A DNA stretch of 63,288 nt, counting the filler, from Choristocarpus tenellus KU-1152 (Eukaryota > Protista > Phaeophyceae), in the NCBI GenBank assembly GCA_964200185.2. It is 10 parts of 10 records of this genome, joined end to end, with 100 filler letters (N's around TTAATTAATTAA, not from the genome) between each part and the next. Parts side by side here need not be neighbours in the genome. Positions count along the whole stretch, not along the records: positions 38,548 to 43,762 come from CAXNAD020011486.1; positions 43,863 to 53,201 come from CAXNAD020003764.1; 8 more parts are not named here. The stretch is one strand, 5' to 3'. Numbering within the stretch: position 1 is the first letter of the stretch; every line of letters begins with the position of its first letter. A model generated the notes under the pieces. It worked only from the letters and a program-made list of their open reading frames with translations. It searched no databases and was not told where the DNA came from. This document shows positions 38,593-50,790 of this stretch, in pieces. Position numbers and translations under genes: made by a program.

Positions 38593-39038
38593 TGGCTTCT
38601 GGTGCAGGGTTTTCCTCTTTTTTTGTTATTTTTTGTATCTATTTGACTGGCTCTATGCCTCATTTTATTGTACTGCATTAATGCGCATATTATTAGCCTG
38701 TATTCTGTCTTCTTGAAGTCCCCATTCTGAGGTAGCATAGAGAAAATTAATTTTAAAAAAATTGAACACAGAAACACAAAATGATATACTACATACAAAT
38801 TGGTACCTACCACGGGGGCACAGTAGTGGTAAATAAACTTCCTGATGTTTTTTCTTTTTTATTTCTTACCTGTCGTGCTGTTCTATGGTTTTGCACAGGG
38901 TGCTGGCCCAGACTTATGTTTTGTTACATGTTTATTACCTGGCTCGGCTGTGCCTTATCCTCATCTAGCTCATTCCTAACCCTTACTCTTACACACACAC
39001 ACTCCCCCCCCAGCAACACTCCACATCCACCGTCAAAG

Positions 39039-40856
39039 CGCCTACCTGGTGGGTCGTGAGAGGCGAGTGGCAGACATTGTTGTGGACCACCCCAGCTGTT
39101 CCAAGCAACACGCTGTGATTCAATACCGTCTGTTTGAGAGGGTGGATGAAAAGGAAGGCGTTACTCGGAGGAGTGTGAGGTGTGTAAAAAAAAAAATCCT
39201 GGCAGTTCTATCTACACGGTCGGGGAGGGCAGGGAGATGTTAGGTGGAGTTTAAAAACACCTGTGAGGGGTGTGGGCGTGTTGCATGTTCATGTTTGAGT
39301 TGAGGCAAGCGCTTGGTCCACATCTTGTTTTGGTCTGTCTTGTTGAGTTTTTGAGTGTGATGTTGTGTTGGGCATGTGTATGTGTATGTGTCCATGAATA
39401 TCAAGAATGACTTTGATATGATTATGGTAGGGTATGTGTATGAGAAATGATATGTAACAGGGAAAATGAACAGACCAGGTGAGGACCTTTCCTTCCCATT
39501 GGCATATAGAGGAACATCCACTGGGAAGCGCCTCTTGGACATCTACTGCGTATGTGTAGAGACCATAGACCATACCCCCAAACTTATTTCACGGCTCACA
39601 TGGTGCCCAAGAATATCTCCTTCACAATGTTACCTGAAGACCTCCAAGTTCCCCAGTCAATTGCACATTAATCCTAGGTACTTCCCCATCCCTTGTCTAC
39701 ACCAGACCATGTTACTTAAACTGCTATGCTTAAATCTCCACCACCTCCCTCCCAGATTTTTCCAAGTCTCCCTTATAACAGTAATTTTGACCCTTCAAAA
39801 TCTACGAAGATGGTAACCCTAACCCTAACCCTATATCAGGCCGTACATAATGGATCTGGAAAGCACCAACGGAACTTTTATTAACTCACAGCCTGTTGAT
39901 CCTGCAAGATACGTGGAGCTGAAGGTGAATTTTAAAAGAACATGGTACCATTGTAGCAGAAAGGTTGTGGGAGTAGAGGATGAGGTAGCTAGGGTCAAGG
40001 GGGTAAGAGTGTGGGTGGTCGAGAGACTCTTTGAATCTGCTGCACCTCCAGGCTTTGTGGATTGGGTACATCGATATTGGATGGCGTTTAGATCTAGGAT
40101 TGTTCTGGTTTATTGCAAGTCGTAAGTGTGTGTAGTAAGTATCAGACCCAAACATGTGGTATCACTACAAACATTATCATTTTACTGTGCAGAGGAATGG
40201 ATCGCGAGTCTTTTGTGCTAGAGCTCACGATCCATGCGGAGCATGTGACACACTGATGATACATCTCTGCCATTACTTGCTGCAGCCGAGGAATGGTGTT
40301 GTTTGCCTCTGGAAAACCCCTCAACCCAAACATTGATAGGCAGTAAGCAGTATGTCTTTTCCATTTCTTGCTCTTTTGTTTGTGCTGCTGCATTAAAATT
40401 TACTTTACTTTATTTGCACCTGTAAAGTACTTTTTGAACTGTACTTTGAACTGTAGAGGGTCCATTCAGCTTGATGATTCATGTCATTGTTTTGTTGTAT
40501 CGTGGGTGAGGCGATGAAGACATGACTACTATCACCAAAGACTATTATTTGCAGGACTCCTACCTTGTCCGGAGAGGGTCCAAATGCTGCCATTGTGCTA
40601 TTGATGTATCCTGGACCTGAGATATCCTGCATGGAGTAATTCAAAGGGTAACTAAATCTGTTCTCTAAATCGATGCAGGACTTGGTTAGTCCTGTAATCA
40701 AATGTTCAAATATTGTTATTGCTTACGTGTGCGCTTCACACTCCCAATACCCTTCACCCCCTCCTGCCCTGCTTCCTGTATCAGGAGAAAGATGTGGTAA
40801 AGTTTGGGACAAGCACGAGAGAGTATGTGCTGCTTCATGACCAGTCCAAGGGCTGA
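39039..40856 (+). CDS. SNIP1: SNIP1/Pml1/DAWDLE-like FHA-domain protein, last three exons
   Basis: Exons 39039-39179, 39840-39924, 40785-40856 splice to AYLVGRERRVADIVVDHPSCSKQHAVIQYR...VRPYIMDLESTNGTFIN...RYVELKEKDVVKFGTSTREYVLLHDQSKG*. 5' part lies beyond the gap. Confidence 0.93.
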
Positions 40857-43800
40857 GACTGGAGGCAGGATCAGTAATGGGGATGGATCACAAGAGGAGA
40901 TGCAACATGTTACGTTGTGTCTAGTTGCAACCTGCCCAATCAGTTCTACCTCAAATTCTTCCATGAAGAGTTGCTCGATTGTGTAGGAATATGTCCATGC
41001 TCCCTTGGTCACCTTTGGACCATGACAACCTCTCTGCTTGTTGCAGTCTTTCCCACTTACATATATTTTTTGTGTATCTCTTGATCAAGTTTGGAACCTG
41101 GAATTGTGGAAAGCAAGCAGGTCTTGAGTAATGGGTGGGCACCTTCTCATGTCACCTGTTTCTGGCAGCATGCCTACTACCATCTATTGACTGAGTATGA
41201 CTGCCTATTGACTGAGTATACATACATTTAGTCATGGGACAATACTGTAGAGTAGAATGGAGCGCAAGAGGCAAGGTTGCAATATTGACAACTGTCAGGA
41301 CTCTCCCTGGTGCCCCTGCCTGAACTGAACTGAGTGCAAAAGGTGAGGGGCAGGACAGGTCGATGGAATGCAATTTGAAATCTGGTTATGTGCAGGGGCC
41401 AAAGCTCATGCTGAGACATATGAAGGATACTAGTGGAGGATTCTGAGAGAAGTGGGATGGTGAATGTGAGGAGAGTCTGACTTTCTTAACATGAGCGACT
41501 TACACTTATTGCATAAAAAGACAGTGTTAGCTCCGCCATGCTGCTTGCTTGATAGAGCTCTCTACCCCTGTTGCCAGTTTTCTTGTAGCAGTTGCCACCA
41601 AGTGCTTCTTATCACCTCTTTGAGTGCAGCTTGGTATGGATGGGTCAGCCACTATGTATACAGTGGGGTTACGCACTGTACAAGCACCAACCCAGGGGTA
41701 TATTCTATTATCCTTGGTTGTTGGAGAAGGAAATGTGAAGAGGAGGGACGTGGTGCATGCTGGGGTAGGAGCATCTAGAGGAGAGTTTTACTTTAAAGTA
41801 TATTTAGCTGCAGTTCTTGCAGCACACAAGCAAATTGGGAGGTTGGGACATTGAGGTAAGATTGAATAATGTATACATATATACATGTGAGAAGTGCACG
41901 GCATGTTTTGGTTGAACTTGCTCAAGAAAAAAAAAAAATCCATCTTAGTGATGTGATGCAAGAGGTCAGGATGGATGGTTGCAAGGAAGCAGCAGGGTAA
42001 GAGTTTCATCCTCATGATAGTCCAAATTATTTGAAGGGGGTGATCAATAGTGATATTCACAGCTGTTCATGGTCGTGTAAACTATTTATTGCATAGCATG
42101 GTAATGCATGAAATATATAGTGAATGTATATATATATATTCCCAGTGCCTCATGCTGCAGTTGCTATCTCATCAAGTTAATCTGAATCAGACCATGGAAA
42201 GGTAGGCAAGATTGTATTTTAACGATCCCGAGAAAGGGCAAGAAGACACGATTTTGTACAATTGGAGAAAGAGCCTTTTCTTAGTTGTGGTGTTACTTTG
42301 AGTGTGTGGGAAGGGGGAATATCAATTGTGTGTATACTAACACCTAAAGCAATTAAATAAAGTATAGAGCACAATGTAAGAAAGTTGACTTAGAATTCAA
42401 AAGGGTTCAAACTTGCCTACCTCTTGATTGGTTTGGCTCCTTCATAGCTATCTCCTCCTTTAACGTTAATAGTTTCTGTGGCAAGATACAATGAAGCAAA
42501 CTGAAGGTCCTGTTGGAACATGCAAAAGCAATAAAACACCTAAGGCCTGTTGCGCATACCCCAACAGTATTCTCTACTCAACTCTCAATGAATTGTAGTC
42601 ATTTTTGTACTACTAATAGGACTATGGCTGTGCATATGTGCAGCCAACCTAGAGCAAGGAGAGGGGAAAAATTAGGATTACAAAAAATGAGGGATGCCTT
42701 GCAATAATTGACGAACCTTAGACCTCAGGTAGAGCAAGATACAAGCACCTACAAATTAGTTATATTTAAATATCACAGGAGATCAGCCTATTTTGCATCA
42801 TCCCTTGGCATGCCTTTCCCCAACGGAAAAAAAATAATGCATTGAATCAACCTCTAGGAAAAGATCCATACTACTCCGAAGCATGTTATAAATATTTTTT
42901 CCTCTCTCCAATATGAACCTGTGCTCAAGTTTCAAAGTACACACCATCGACTTCCTCCCATTTATACCCACATCATAACCAGCTCACCGCAACAAGCTAC
43001 TTGGTATGAAATGTGAAATTGTGCCTTAAGTACCTACAATCACACGAGGTCCCCAGCATCCCTTTTTCAGCTCTTGGGCATTGAAACCTTTTCCAATTGG
43101 TCTCTAGAGCCTGTTTTCTACCATGAGGATTGGGACATCACGTTTGTGGTGGGAGGATCCTACATCATCATCCTGATTTCTGTGTATTCATTCCCCCCTC
43201 TCAACATCATTTCACATAGACACTGTTCCCCCCCATGTCACCATCAACATCCCTATCCCATTCCCTGGACCCATCATTGCCTTTGCTCCCCAATGTGATA
43301 TTCGATCTATTGCCTCCAATTGATCTAACCAAGCTATTCTAAGCCACAAGGACCAAGAACTCAGCCTCATGATGGTAGAATCCAACATCACCAACCTATT
43401 TGTAGTGCAACCCCCCTTCCACAGTCTCCATCTGCATCCACACTCATTTACCTAACCACCACAGTGCAGCAAAAGTTTCCAACATCCCTTCACAACCCAT
43501 CACTACATTTTACTTAGTAAGTGCCTCGTGTTACCGGCTTCCTTGGGCATTGGAAAGCCAGTTTCTCCCATGGAGACCAGGCAGTCCAGTCAGCCTCTAG
43601 GTGAGATAATTCCACATCATTGCTCTGCGTACTGTGCAGGACAACACTCTGTTCTTATCCACACAGACACTACTCCCCTCCCCACCCAATGTTGTTTGTA
43701 GAGGTTCCCAATGTGCTTCCCCAGCCTCTGGACCCATTACCACCTTCCCTTCCACTGTGTTGNNNNNNNNNNNNNNNNNNNNNNNNNNNNNNNNNNNNNN

Positions 43801-43862
43801 NNNNNNTTAATTAATTAANNNNNNNNNNNNNNNNNNNNNNNNNNNNNNNNNNNNNNNNNNNN

Positions 43863-44080
43863 CTGTAACTAACCTGTAACTAACCTGTAACTAACCTGTA
43901 ACTAACCTGTAACTAACCTGTAACTAACCTGTAACTAACATGTAACTAACATGTAACTAACATGTAACTAACACGTAACTAACCTGTAACTAACATGTAA
44001 CTAACATGTAACTAACCTGTAACTAACATGTAACTAACCTGTAACTAACATGTAACTAACATGTAACTAACCTGTAACTA
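43863..44080. repeat. 11-bp minisatellite (C/A)TGTAACTAAC, about 20 copies, at a contig end
   Basis: Directly visible array. Confidence 0.95.
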
Positions 44081-44844
44081 CAGTAGGTTGAAGGCAACAG
44101 TGGCAAGACAGTCCTCTATGGAGAACGTTGTAGATCTAAATATTATTGATAAACATGCATTCTTACAAAGAGAACGCCTCTCTACATAAACTACTTCAAC
44201 ACAGTACTCTTAAAAAGCGTATACTTCGAGGTAAAGATAAAGTAAAAAATCCAAGGATACAATGTCTCATTCTGAACTCGAAGAGTTATAGAGTAATGGC
44301 ATTGATTGGTTGGTTGGAGGAGGGAAGAAGGTAGGGGGTCACCGTTGAGGGGGGGAGGATGGATGACATTGGACCAAACTGTGTAACTTTCATAATTAAT
44401 CATTTAGCGAGACATAATAATCACCCCCTTGGCACATTGGAACAAGTACTGCAGCAAGCCCATGTGTAGTCATGATGTTGCAGACAAACTAATGTGATAT
44501 TGAAATCCACTGTTGTAATGACTGAATGTAATGACTGAATGTAATGACTGAATGTAATGACTGAATGTAAAACACGACTAGGGACACAGTAAGTCAAGCT
44601 TGAGTGTTTGCCAGGAAGTACAAATGCGCTCGGATACCAAGAACAGGGCGCTCAGAAAGTACTTTTTTGGTGGGGGGTCGAGGGATGGCATGTCTTGGTC
44701 TTGGCTCTTTCCATGTTGAGTTTGACTAACTTCTACCAGTGCATATTTCAACAAAAAATGAAGTATCAACGACTTCCCAAAAAAAGAGCCAGCCCACAGA
44801 TCACAGGTCCTTTCAATCAAACAAAACATTAAAAAAAAACTCAC

Positions 44845-46532
44845 GGCTTGTACTCATTGAGTGTCATCTGGTTTGGCTCTCTCGGCTTGAGATTTTTGTC
44901 CATCATCTTAGAGATCACAGGGGAGAGGCATGAGGGTAGGGGAGGTGGCTCCGCCTCAAAGTCCACCTGCCGCGTATGGTAGTCAAAAACATGTCTGCAT
45001 GAAAAGCAGGGAGGCGAGACAGAGTCAGTCCCTATTGACAAGGAAGTTAGAGGATCACATTGCAGCATAGTTGAGGTGGAATGCAAACACATAGTGGGGG
45101 GGGATCGACACCAGGTGCAGTCATATGGGATCAGGGGAAGAATCTTCAGGGGAGTAGTGGCCTCAGTTTTCATTTTGTGTCCGAGGTATGAAAATGTGAT
45201 CTTCAAAGGCCAGCTCATTCTTAGAGTCGCCAATTTTCTGCAAACAAAAGATGTATTACATGCAGAACGACTTACCCTTATACTTAAAACATATCTCTAA
45301 AATAAGAGTGAGCACAGTTGGTAGTGAAAGTGGGCAAGACTAAGTCCCCAATCAAATAATGGATCGTGCCGTGCCTCTTTCCGTGAGAGTACTCTTTTCA
45401 TTGCATAGACAACACAAGTCACATCAACGTGTCAGTGAGAAGTTAGTGTCATCCCGATGTCCTAAACAGCAACTCGCCTCTAATGCGGCGTCACACCACA
45501 AGACAAGACGTGTAACAACCTGATGTGCAAACTGCACTAATCATACACTACGTATCTAACTAACACGCAGGTTGGGGGGGAACAATATCTCAATCTGGAA
45601 AGTAGGAGCAGCATTGCTATGGTTTCAGTAATGAACTTGCCCAAGAGTTTTGCCGTAAAGTGCCAAGAACTTGCCCAGTTGGCTCAACCATTGTCCTGAA
45701 GGCAAAATTCGACTCACCCGTAATGCTGAACCCGTCTACGCAACGACCCTGTCCAGTGTGCATCATCCAGCAGGAAGTGACGCAGGAGACACGCCGCCTC
45801 CTCCTCACTCACGAAACCTTCCAAAAGCGTCAGTCCTGGCACCTCGACATGGCTCGTCTCAGAAGAACATTCCAAGTCCCCAGTCCGTCCCCTGTCCGTC
45901 TGTGGTGAATTAGAACGCCGGGGGGGGGAAAGGTTGTCTACACGACAGCATGAGGATCGATATCTTGCATCCCGAATCATACTGCGCCTGTCACACCCTC
46001 ATCTCCTCCCAAAGGCTTAAACCTCAGCACCGCCTTCATAGGCACCAACCCTGGCCTGGAATGACCTGGGTTTCCTCTTCACTAACCATGGTAGGAGCCA
46101 GCCTGACAAATTTCGCCTGCAACGCTCGTCCCAGATGGTCGATGTGCTTTCCGTCTAGAGATTTCCTTGCAGAAGCTGCTGAGGAAGGGTCTTTGAACGA
46201 TATAGTACACATGCCCCGGTCCTGTGGAGGAGGTTGAAACGAGGTAGATATGAGTCGAGACAAAAGCTTCCGCCAGATACGTGAGCCCAATATTGAGCTG
46301 AATTCCTCCCCCTCCCAGCATAGCATTGGTTCCAGCCTCGAATCCAAGCACACCAACGAACCTTTTGGTCGTCTTTAGTTGACACCATATTATCGAACGG
46401 CGAGCACAAGTCTCGAACGTCCTTCTCGCTGTACTTCGTGCTCAAACCGATAATACAGACATGGCAAGTCGGCTCATTTTCAAAGCCCGGCTTTGGACGG
46501 AAGAACATAGGAGAAGGTCTCTTCCACGGCAT
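44845..46532 (-). CDS. ALKBH8: ALKBH8-like RRM plus 2OG-Fe(II) dioxygenase, 5' four exons
   Basis: Exons 46532-46362, 46221-46066, 45899-45718, 44994-44845 give an RRM-like region followed by VPGLTLLEGFVSEEE, LRRRVQHYGHVFDY and PNQMTLNEYKP. Exons with the HxD motif and methyltransferase were not found in this contig. Confidence 0.8.
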
Positions 46533-46713
46533 TTCACTCAAAGTCGCAGGGGGTTAGGCTTTGGTTCAGAAACTTGAAAGGGAGATAAACATTATTACAC
46601 ACCTTCGTATGTGGAAGTCTGCCTGTATGCATGCATTTCAATAACGGAAATGAATTTATGTCAACACACAATGGAACCCAGTTCTGCGTGATGCTAGACC
46701 TTGCCGAAGCAAC

Positions 46714-48759
46714 ATGTCTGGGACCTTCGGGACCCCCGCCCCACTTCCCGGTCAGTCAGGCTATAAACCATGCCCTACGTCGGAGACCATGGCCCAAGAA
46801 ACAGCCGAGATGGAAGAAAGATTGGTCAAGTTGCGCACGGATATGATCGCGGAAACACATCTCCGTGAGGCGAGTTGTCAGGACGTCGGCGGTGGTTCAC
46901 ACTGGCGTAGCGCCTGCCCTGACCGTGGATCTGTTCGATCCTATGCTAAGGACGTCAAGGAACGTCAGCAAAAGCAGCAGTATCTTCGCCATAGGAAACC
47001 TGGAGGAAGGTACACTAAGGGACCACACGCTGGTGCTGGCGCAAGAGCAGCAACGGGCCTACGGGAGGAGAAGGGCCACGGTGTCCCCCGAGGGGCACCT
47101 ATCAACTCCCACGGGCAGAGAGTGCCAGTGGTTGGCCCAAGTTCAAGTGAGGTTAGTGGAGAATCGAATTTTCCCAGGACAATGTGTACAGGCAACAAAT
47201 CCACAGGAATAGGTAACGGGGTATGTAATAAGGACGCGAGGAAGGATGTGAGTCTATGGGGCGTAGGGGACACAATCAAGTGGCTTGAGAGTCTGGAGCT
47301 AGGACAATACCGGGAGATATTCCAGAAAAATGAAATATCAGGGCCAATCCTACTAGAGGTGGGAATGGATGACCTGGACTACATGAGCATCAACATCCTG
47401 GCCCATCGCAAGGTCATCTTGAAGGGTATTGAACATCTAAAACGAGACAGTTGCCGCCCAGATCTTCCTCCCCCAGCACCAGAGCATATTTCAGTAAATA
47501 ATGAACCACAGAATCATTCCGCAAGGTCATGTGCACCTTCTTGGACTGCTGATTCAGTCCATTTCCCCCAAGATCCATCACATACAAGCATACTGTGGTC
47601 ACAGGTCAAGCCGCTTACAGACATTATGGTGGGGTCAGGAGACGTGCCCCAACCATCGAGCAAGTTAGCCCATGGTGAGTATGATGAGCATGAAGCCCAT
47701 AAAAGCTTTACTGAAGCTGTCATGGCATGGCGAAGATCGAAAGGGGGAGGAGAAGGAACCTTGTGTACGTCTGGAACAAGCCTAATTGGAGACAAGTGGA
47801 TGGCAAAGTCGAAATCGGGGTTGGGTCTCACACGATGGGCAGAAGACGAGGAGCATACCTGTGATGAAAGAGAAGGTGCTGACATTCACATGTGGACAAA
47901 TCCTTTTGACAGTCCACAGAGCAAAAAAACTGGCGACATGAAGTCAGCTCATCCGGATTTCCACTCTCCTCCATCTGACGCTGTGTTTGCTACATCAACC
48001 ACGGAAATATCAACAGAATCACTGGATGAAGAGGCGGAGCATGAGGCTTTCCGAAGGGCAGTAGAGTATTGGCGAGGTATCAACATGGGAGGTACTGCTT
48101 TTGGTGTAGGGAAGCCAGGGGATACAGGCAGCGGGAAAACCACGTCCACAGAGCCTATCACCCCCTTACGCAGGGCTGAGGTTCTGGCAGAGTCATTGCG
48201 GAAGAAGATGGACGAGGACCATCAAGTCACATATCGTAGCCTTGAGGAGCACAAGCTCCGTCTGCAGGAAGGGCTGGAAAAGGCCCAACGGGAAAGGGGG
48301 GAAGAAGAAGCTGTAAGATTACGGCTATCTTCCACTCACACTGAAACTGCAACAGCAGAAACAGCAAGCATCCCCAGGGACAGTGACGATGACAACAGGA
48401 GTTGTCTTCATGAAGTAGATATGGAGTGGGGAGGGGACTACAGCAGGAGGGTAGAGAAGGAGGAGCTGAAAGATGAAGATGGTGAAGATATTCAAAACAT
48501 GGAAAGCTTATCCACCTTGCAAATACTATCACCTTCATTGTCAACAATTTCCTCTTCTACAGGGTGTCCAATCAGTCACTCGCTACGTTATGACCAGAAT
48601 AGCGAGGGGAGCAAGCTTTCAGGGGCGGAGGCTGGAACTATTGTGGGGATTGAGCTTGTGGAATCAATGCTTGGGTCCACCAGTGATGAGAGGCTGCTAG
48701 GGAAGAGTCCAGGAGGGGTGGAATACTTGGTGGAAGAGGGGAACTATGACAGCAGCTGA
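46714..48759 (+). CDS. Intronless SAM-domain protein with ZBBX-like motifs (681 aa; start could be the Met at 46789)
   Basis: Longest ORF in the window. SAM domain VSLWGVGDTIKWLESLELGQYREIFQKNEISGPILL...LAHRKVILKGIEHL, N-terminal EMEERL...WRS, and two copies of (G)x(Y/L)DExxxxxxFxxAVxxWR. Confidence 0.85.
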   Translation: MSGTFGTPAPLPGQSGYKPCPTSETMAQETAEMEERLVKLRTDMIAETHLREASCQDVGGGSHWRSACPDRGSVRSYAKDVKERQQKQQYLRHRKPGGRYTKGPHAGAGARAATGLREEKGHGVPRGAPINSHGQRVPVVGPSSSEVSGESNFPRTMCTGNKSTGIGNGVCNKDARKDVSLWGVGDTIKWLESLELGQYREIFQKNEISGPILLEVGMDDLDYMSINILAHRKVILKGIEHLKRDSCRPDLPPPAPEHISVNNEPQNHSARSCAPSWTADSVHFPQDPSHTSILWSQVKPLTDIMVGSGDVPQPSSKLAHGEYDEHEAHKSFTEAVMAWRRSKGGGEGTLCTSGTSLIGDKWMAKSKSGLGLTRWAEDEEHTCDEREGADIHMWTNPFDSPQSKKTGDMKSAHPDFHSPPSDAVFATSTTEISTESLDEEAEHEAFRRAVEYWRGINMGGTAFGVGKPGDTGSGKTTSTEPITPLRRAEVLAESLRKKMDEDHQVTYRSLEEHKLRLQEGLEKAQRERGEEEAVRLRLSSTHTETATAETASIPRDSDDDNRSCLHEVDMEWGGDYSRRVEKEELKDEDGEDIQNMESLSTLQILSPSLSTISSSTGCPISHSLRYDQNSEGSKLSGAEAGTIVGIELVESMLGSTSDERLLGKSPGGVEYLVEEGNYDSS

Positions 48760-50527
48760 CAAATCAAAATAGGAACGGGGTTATGTATAGTGAGTTGTCA
48801 TTGCTACGCTTGTGTAGATTCTGAGTGTTTGAGGGTGTAAGCATTGTTTCTGGAATATTGTTCGCGGATCATTCCATATTATGAAGTATTCATTCTGTAG
48901 GACTATGTTGGTACGAAAGAAAATCTAACATCTATGACAAAATATATATTGAGGGGGAGGAGGTAGGAAATGTTGCAGAGGATTGCTACTTCGAAGCATC
49001 CCATTACTAATATCAATACATATGCAGCACTATATACATATCAGTATACATACATCATTCTTGATATTATTTTTTAACCTTGGCTCAAATTTGGACTGTG
49101 AAACGTCTCAGGTGTCGGCCTTGGCTGCTGCAGTGAGGACAGTGGGGGGCACACAAGGTACCAGACGTAGCAAAGGCAAGGTAAATCCATGTAGAGTAGC
49201 TAGACCCATCAGTATTATTATTGTCCTTGGCTATGTCGGGGACAGCGGGTACATGTACTACAGTACATAGAACGCATACCCATCAAAGATGTGACTGTTG
49301 TCATGGATGAATCACCAATACATTAGACAAGCCTCCATCATGATGTAGACTATCAAGAGGCAACAACAGCAGCAACAACTGAAGGGAATCCTCTTCCTCC
49401 TTCTCCTCACTCTTCTATTCTATTGTCGCAATTATCTCCTCAGGCATGGTTTGTAAGTTTAATTACACTATCCTCACCCATACATTATATTCTTCTTCCC
49501 TGCAGCTCCTTGTTGCTGAACCCCTCTATATCCAGCGTTCCACCTTCTTGCTTGGACCAAAGATCAGAGGCTGTAGTACAAGATGCACCTGTACAACAGC
49601 AACACCACCACCACCACCAGGAGATATGTTTTCTAAAGGAGCAATGGTGTTTATATGCTTAGTGTCTTCAAGATAGAGGGGGGAGGGGGGGCCAGAACCC
49701 CAATAATGGTTTCAGACGGCAGATCTTTCTGCTTTGTCCTTTTTGATGTTCAAGGGGAATGTTTAAAGCCTTTAGAACTCTACTGATTCGTCAGCTGCCA
49801 CGACCTGTTATAGTAAATTCACCCTATATCCTCTGCATTAGGAATATTAATAACAATATAATAGACAAACCTCTATCATGCAACCAAGTAGTATGATACT
49901 GGTTAGGTCAAAAATTGTTTCATTTTGAGGGTGAGGCCTATGAGAATTTTTCTCATATAAAAGGAAATATTTATGATTTTATGGGGTGTTGCATGCCCCA
50001 CCTACCTTTAAGGTTTATTTTAGTATGTCCTCCATCTTAAATGTGGACACTATATTGTCAAACAAACATGAGAGAGAGAGAGAGAGAGCTCACATATATT
50101 AAATCATGGAATGCCTGGCTGACGGTTGTAGTGAGGTCTAAACTATCACGATCCTGCACTGCAAATAGTTTGCAGCACTTGGAATGGAGTGATGGAATGT
50201 CTTCAAGAAACTTTGGGGGGAGGAAAGAAAGCAATAGACTTCATTGACAGTGAGCTTCTTGTATTAGGTAAACTTTATGATAATCATAATCGTGACATAT
50301 TGAAAATCTAGTACACATACAACCAATAGGTAGAAATCGATATCAACAAAGTTGTTAGCCCGAAACGGGTAGGTTGCAGAAACACTACTAGTTAGAGAAA
50401 ACAGAGTCCGCCTTAAGTGAGTCCTCCTTACCTCAGCTCAATGATTAAATCAATACAATGAGTAAAAGATACCAACACAAACAGGAACCTTCGGATTAGA
50501 ATTTCTCGCCTACATACTCATCGATTA

Positions 50528-50790
50528 GTTCAAGGGCTTGCCACGGCAATGATTACCATGGTATTGAGTAGTAGTATTAGGACGGTATTCCACCGTACCA
50601 TAGGATTTTGACAACAATAATCACTGCCATATCATAGTACCGTGGTAATTTCGGAATGAACATTCTGTTACCGTCCCAAAAATGTCATCGGTGATCGCAC
50701 TACCATACCATAATGTGGAAAATTCTGAAGTACCATTAAAATTGTAACAAAACCATACTGTCACTTACGTAAACAGGACTTACCGTATAA
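50528..50790. repeat. Degenerate non-autonomous element with many TACC(A/G)T motifs, possibly hAT-like
   Basis: Starts agggcttgccacgg and carries about ten tacc(g/a)t or (a/c)tggta motifs; the other terminus was not found. Confidence 0.3.

Noticed and set aside
43863-44080. CRISPR-like or telomere array
   Set aside because: Contiguous 11-mers with no spacers, and not TTAGGG; an ordinary minisatellite.
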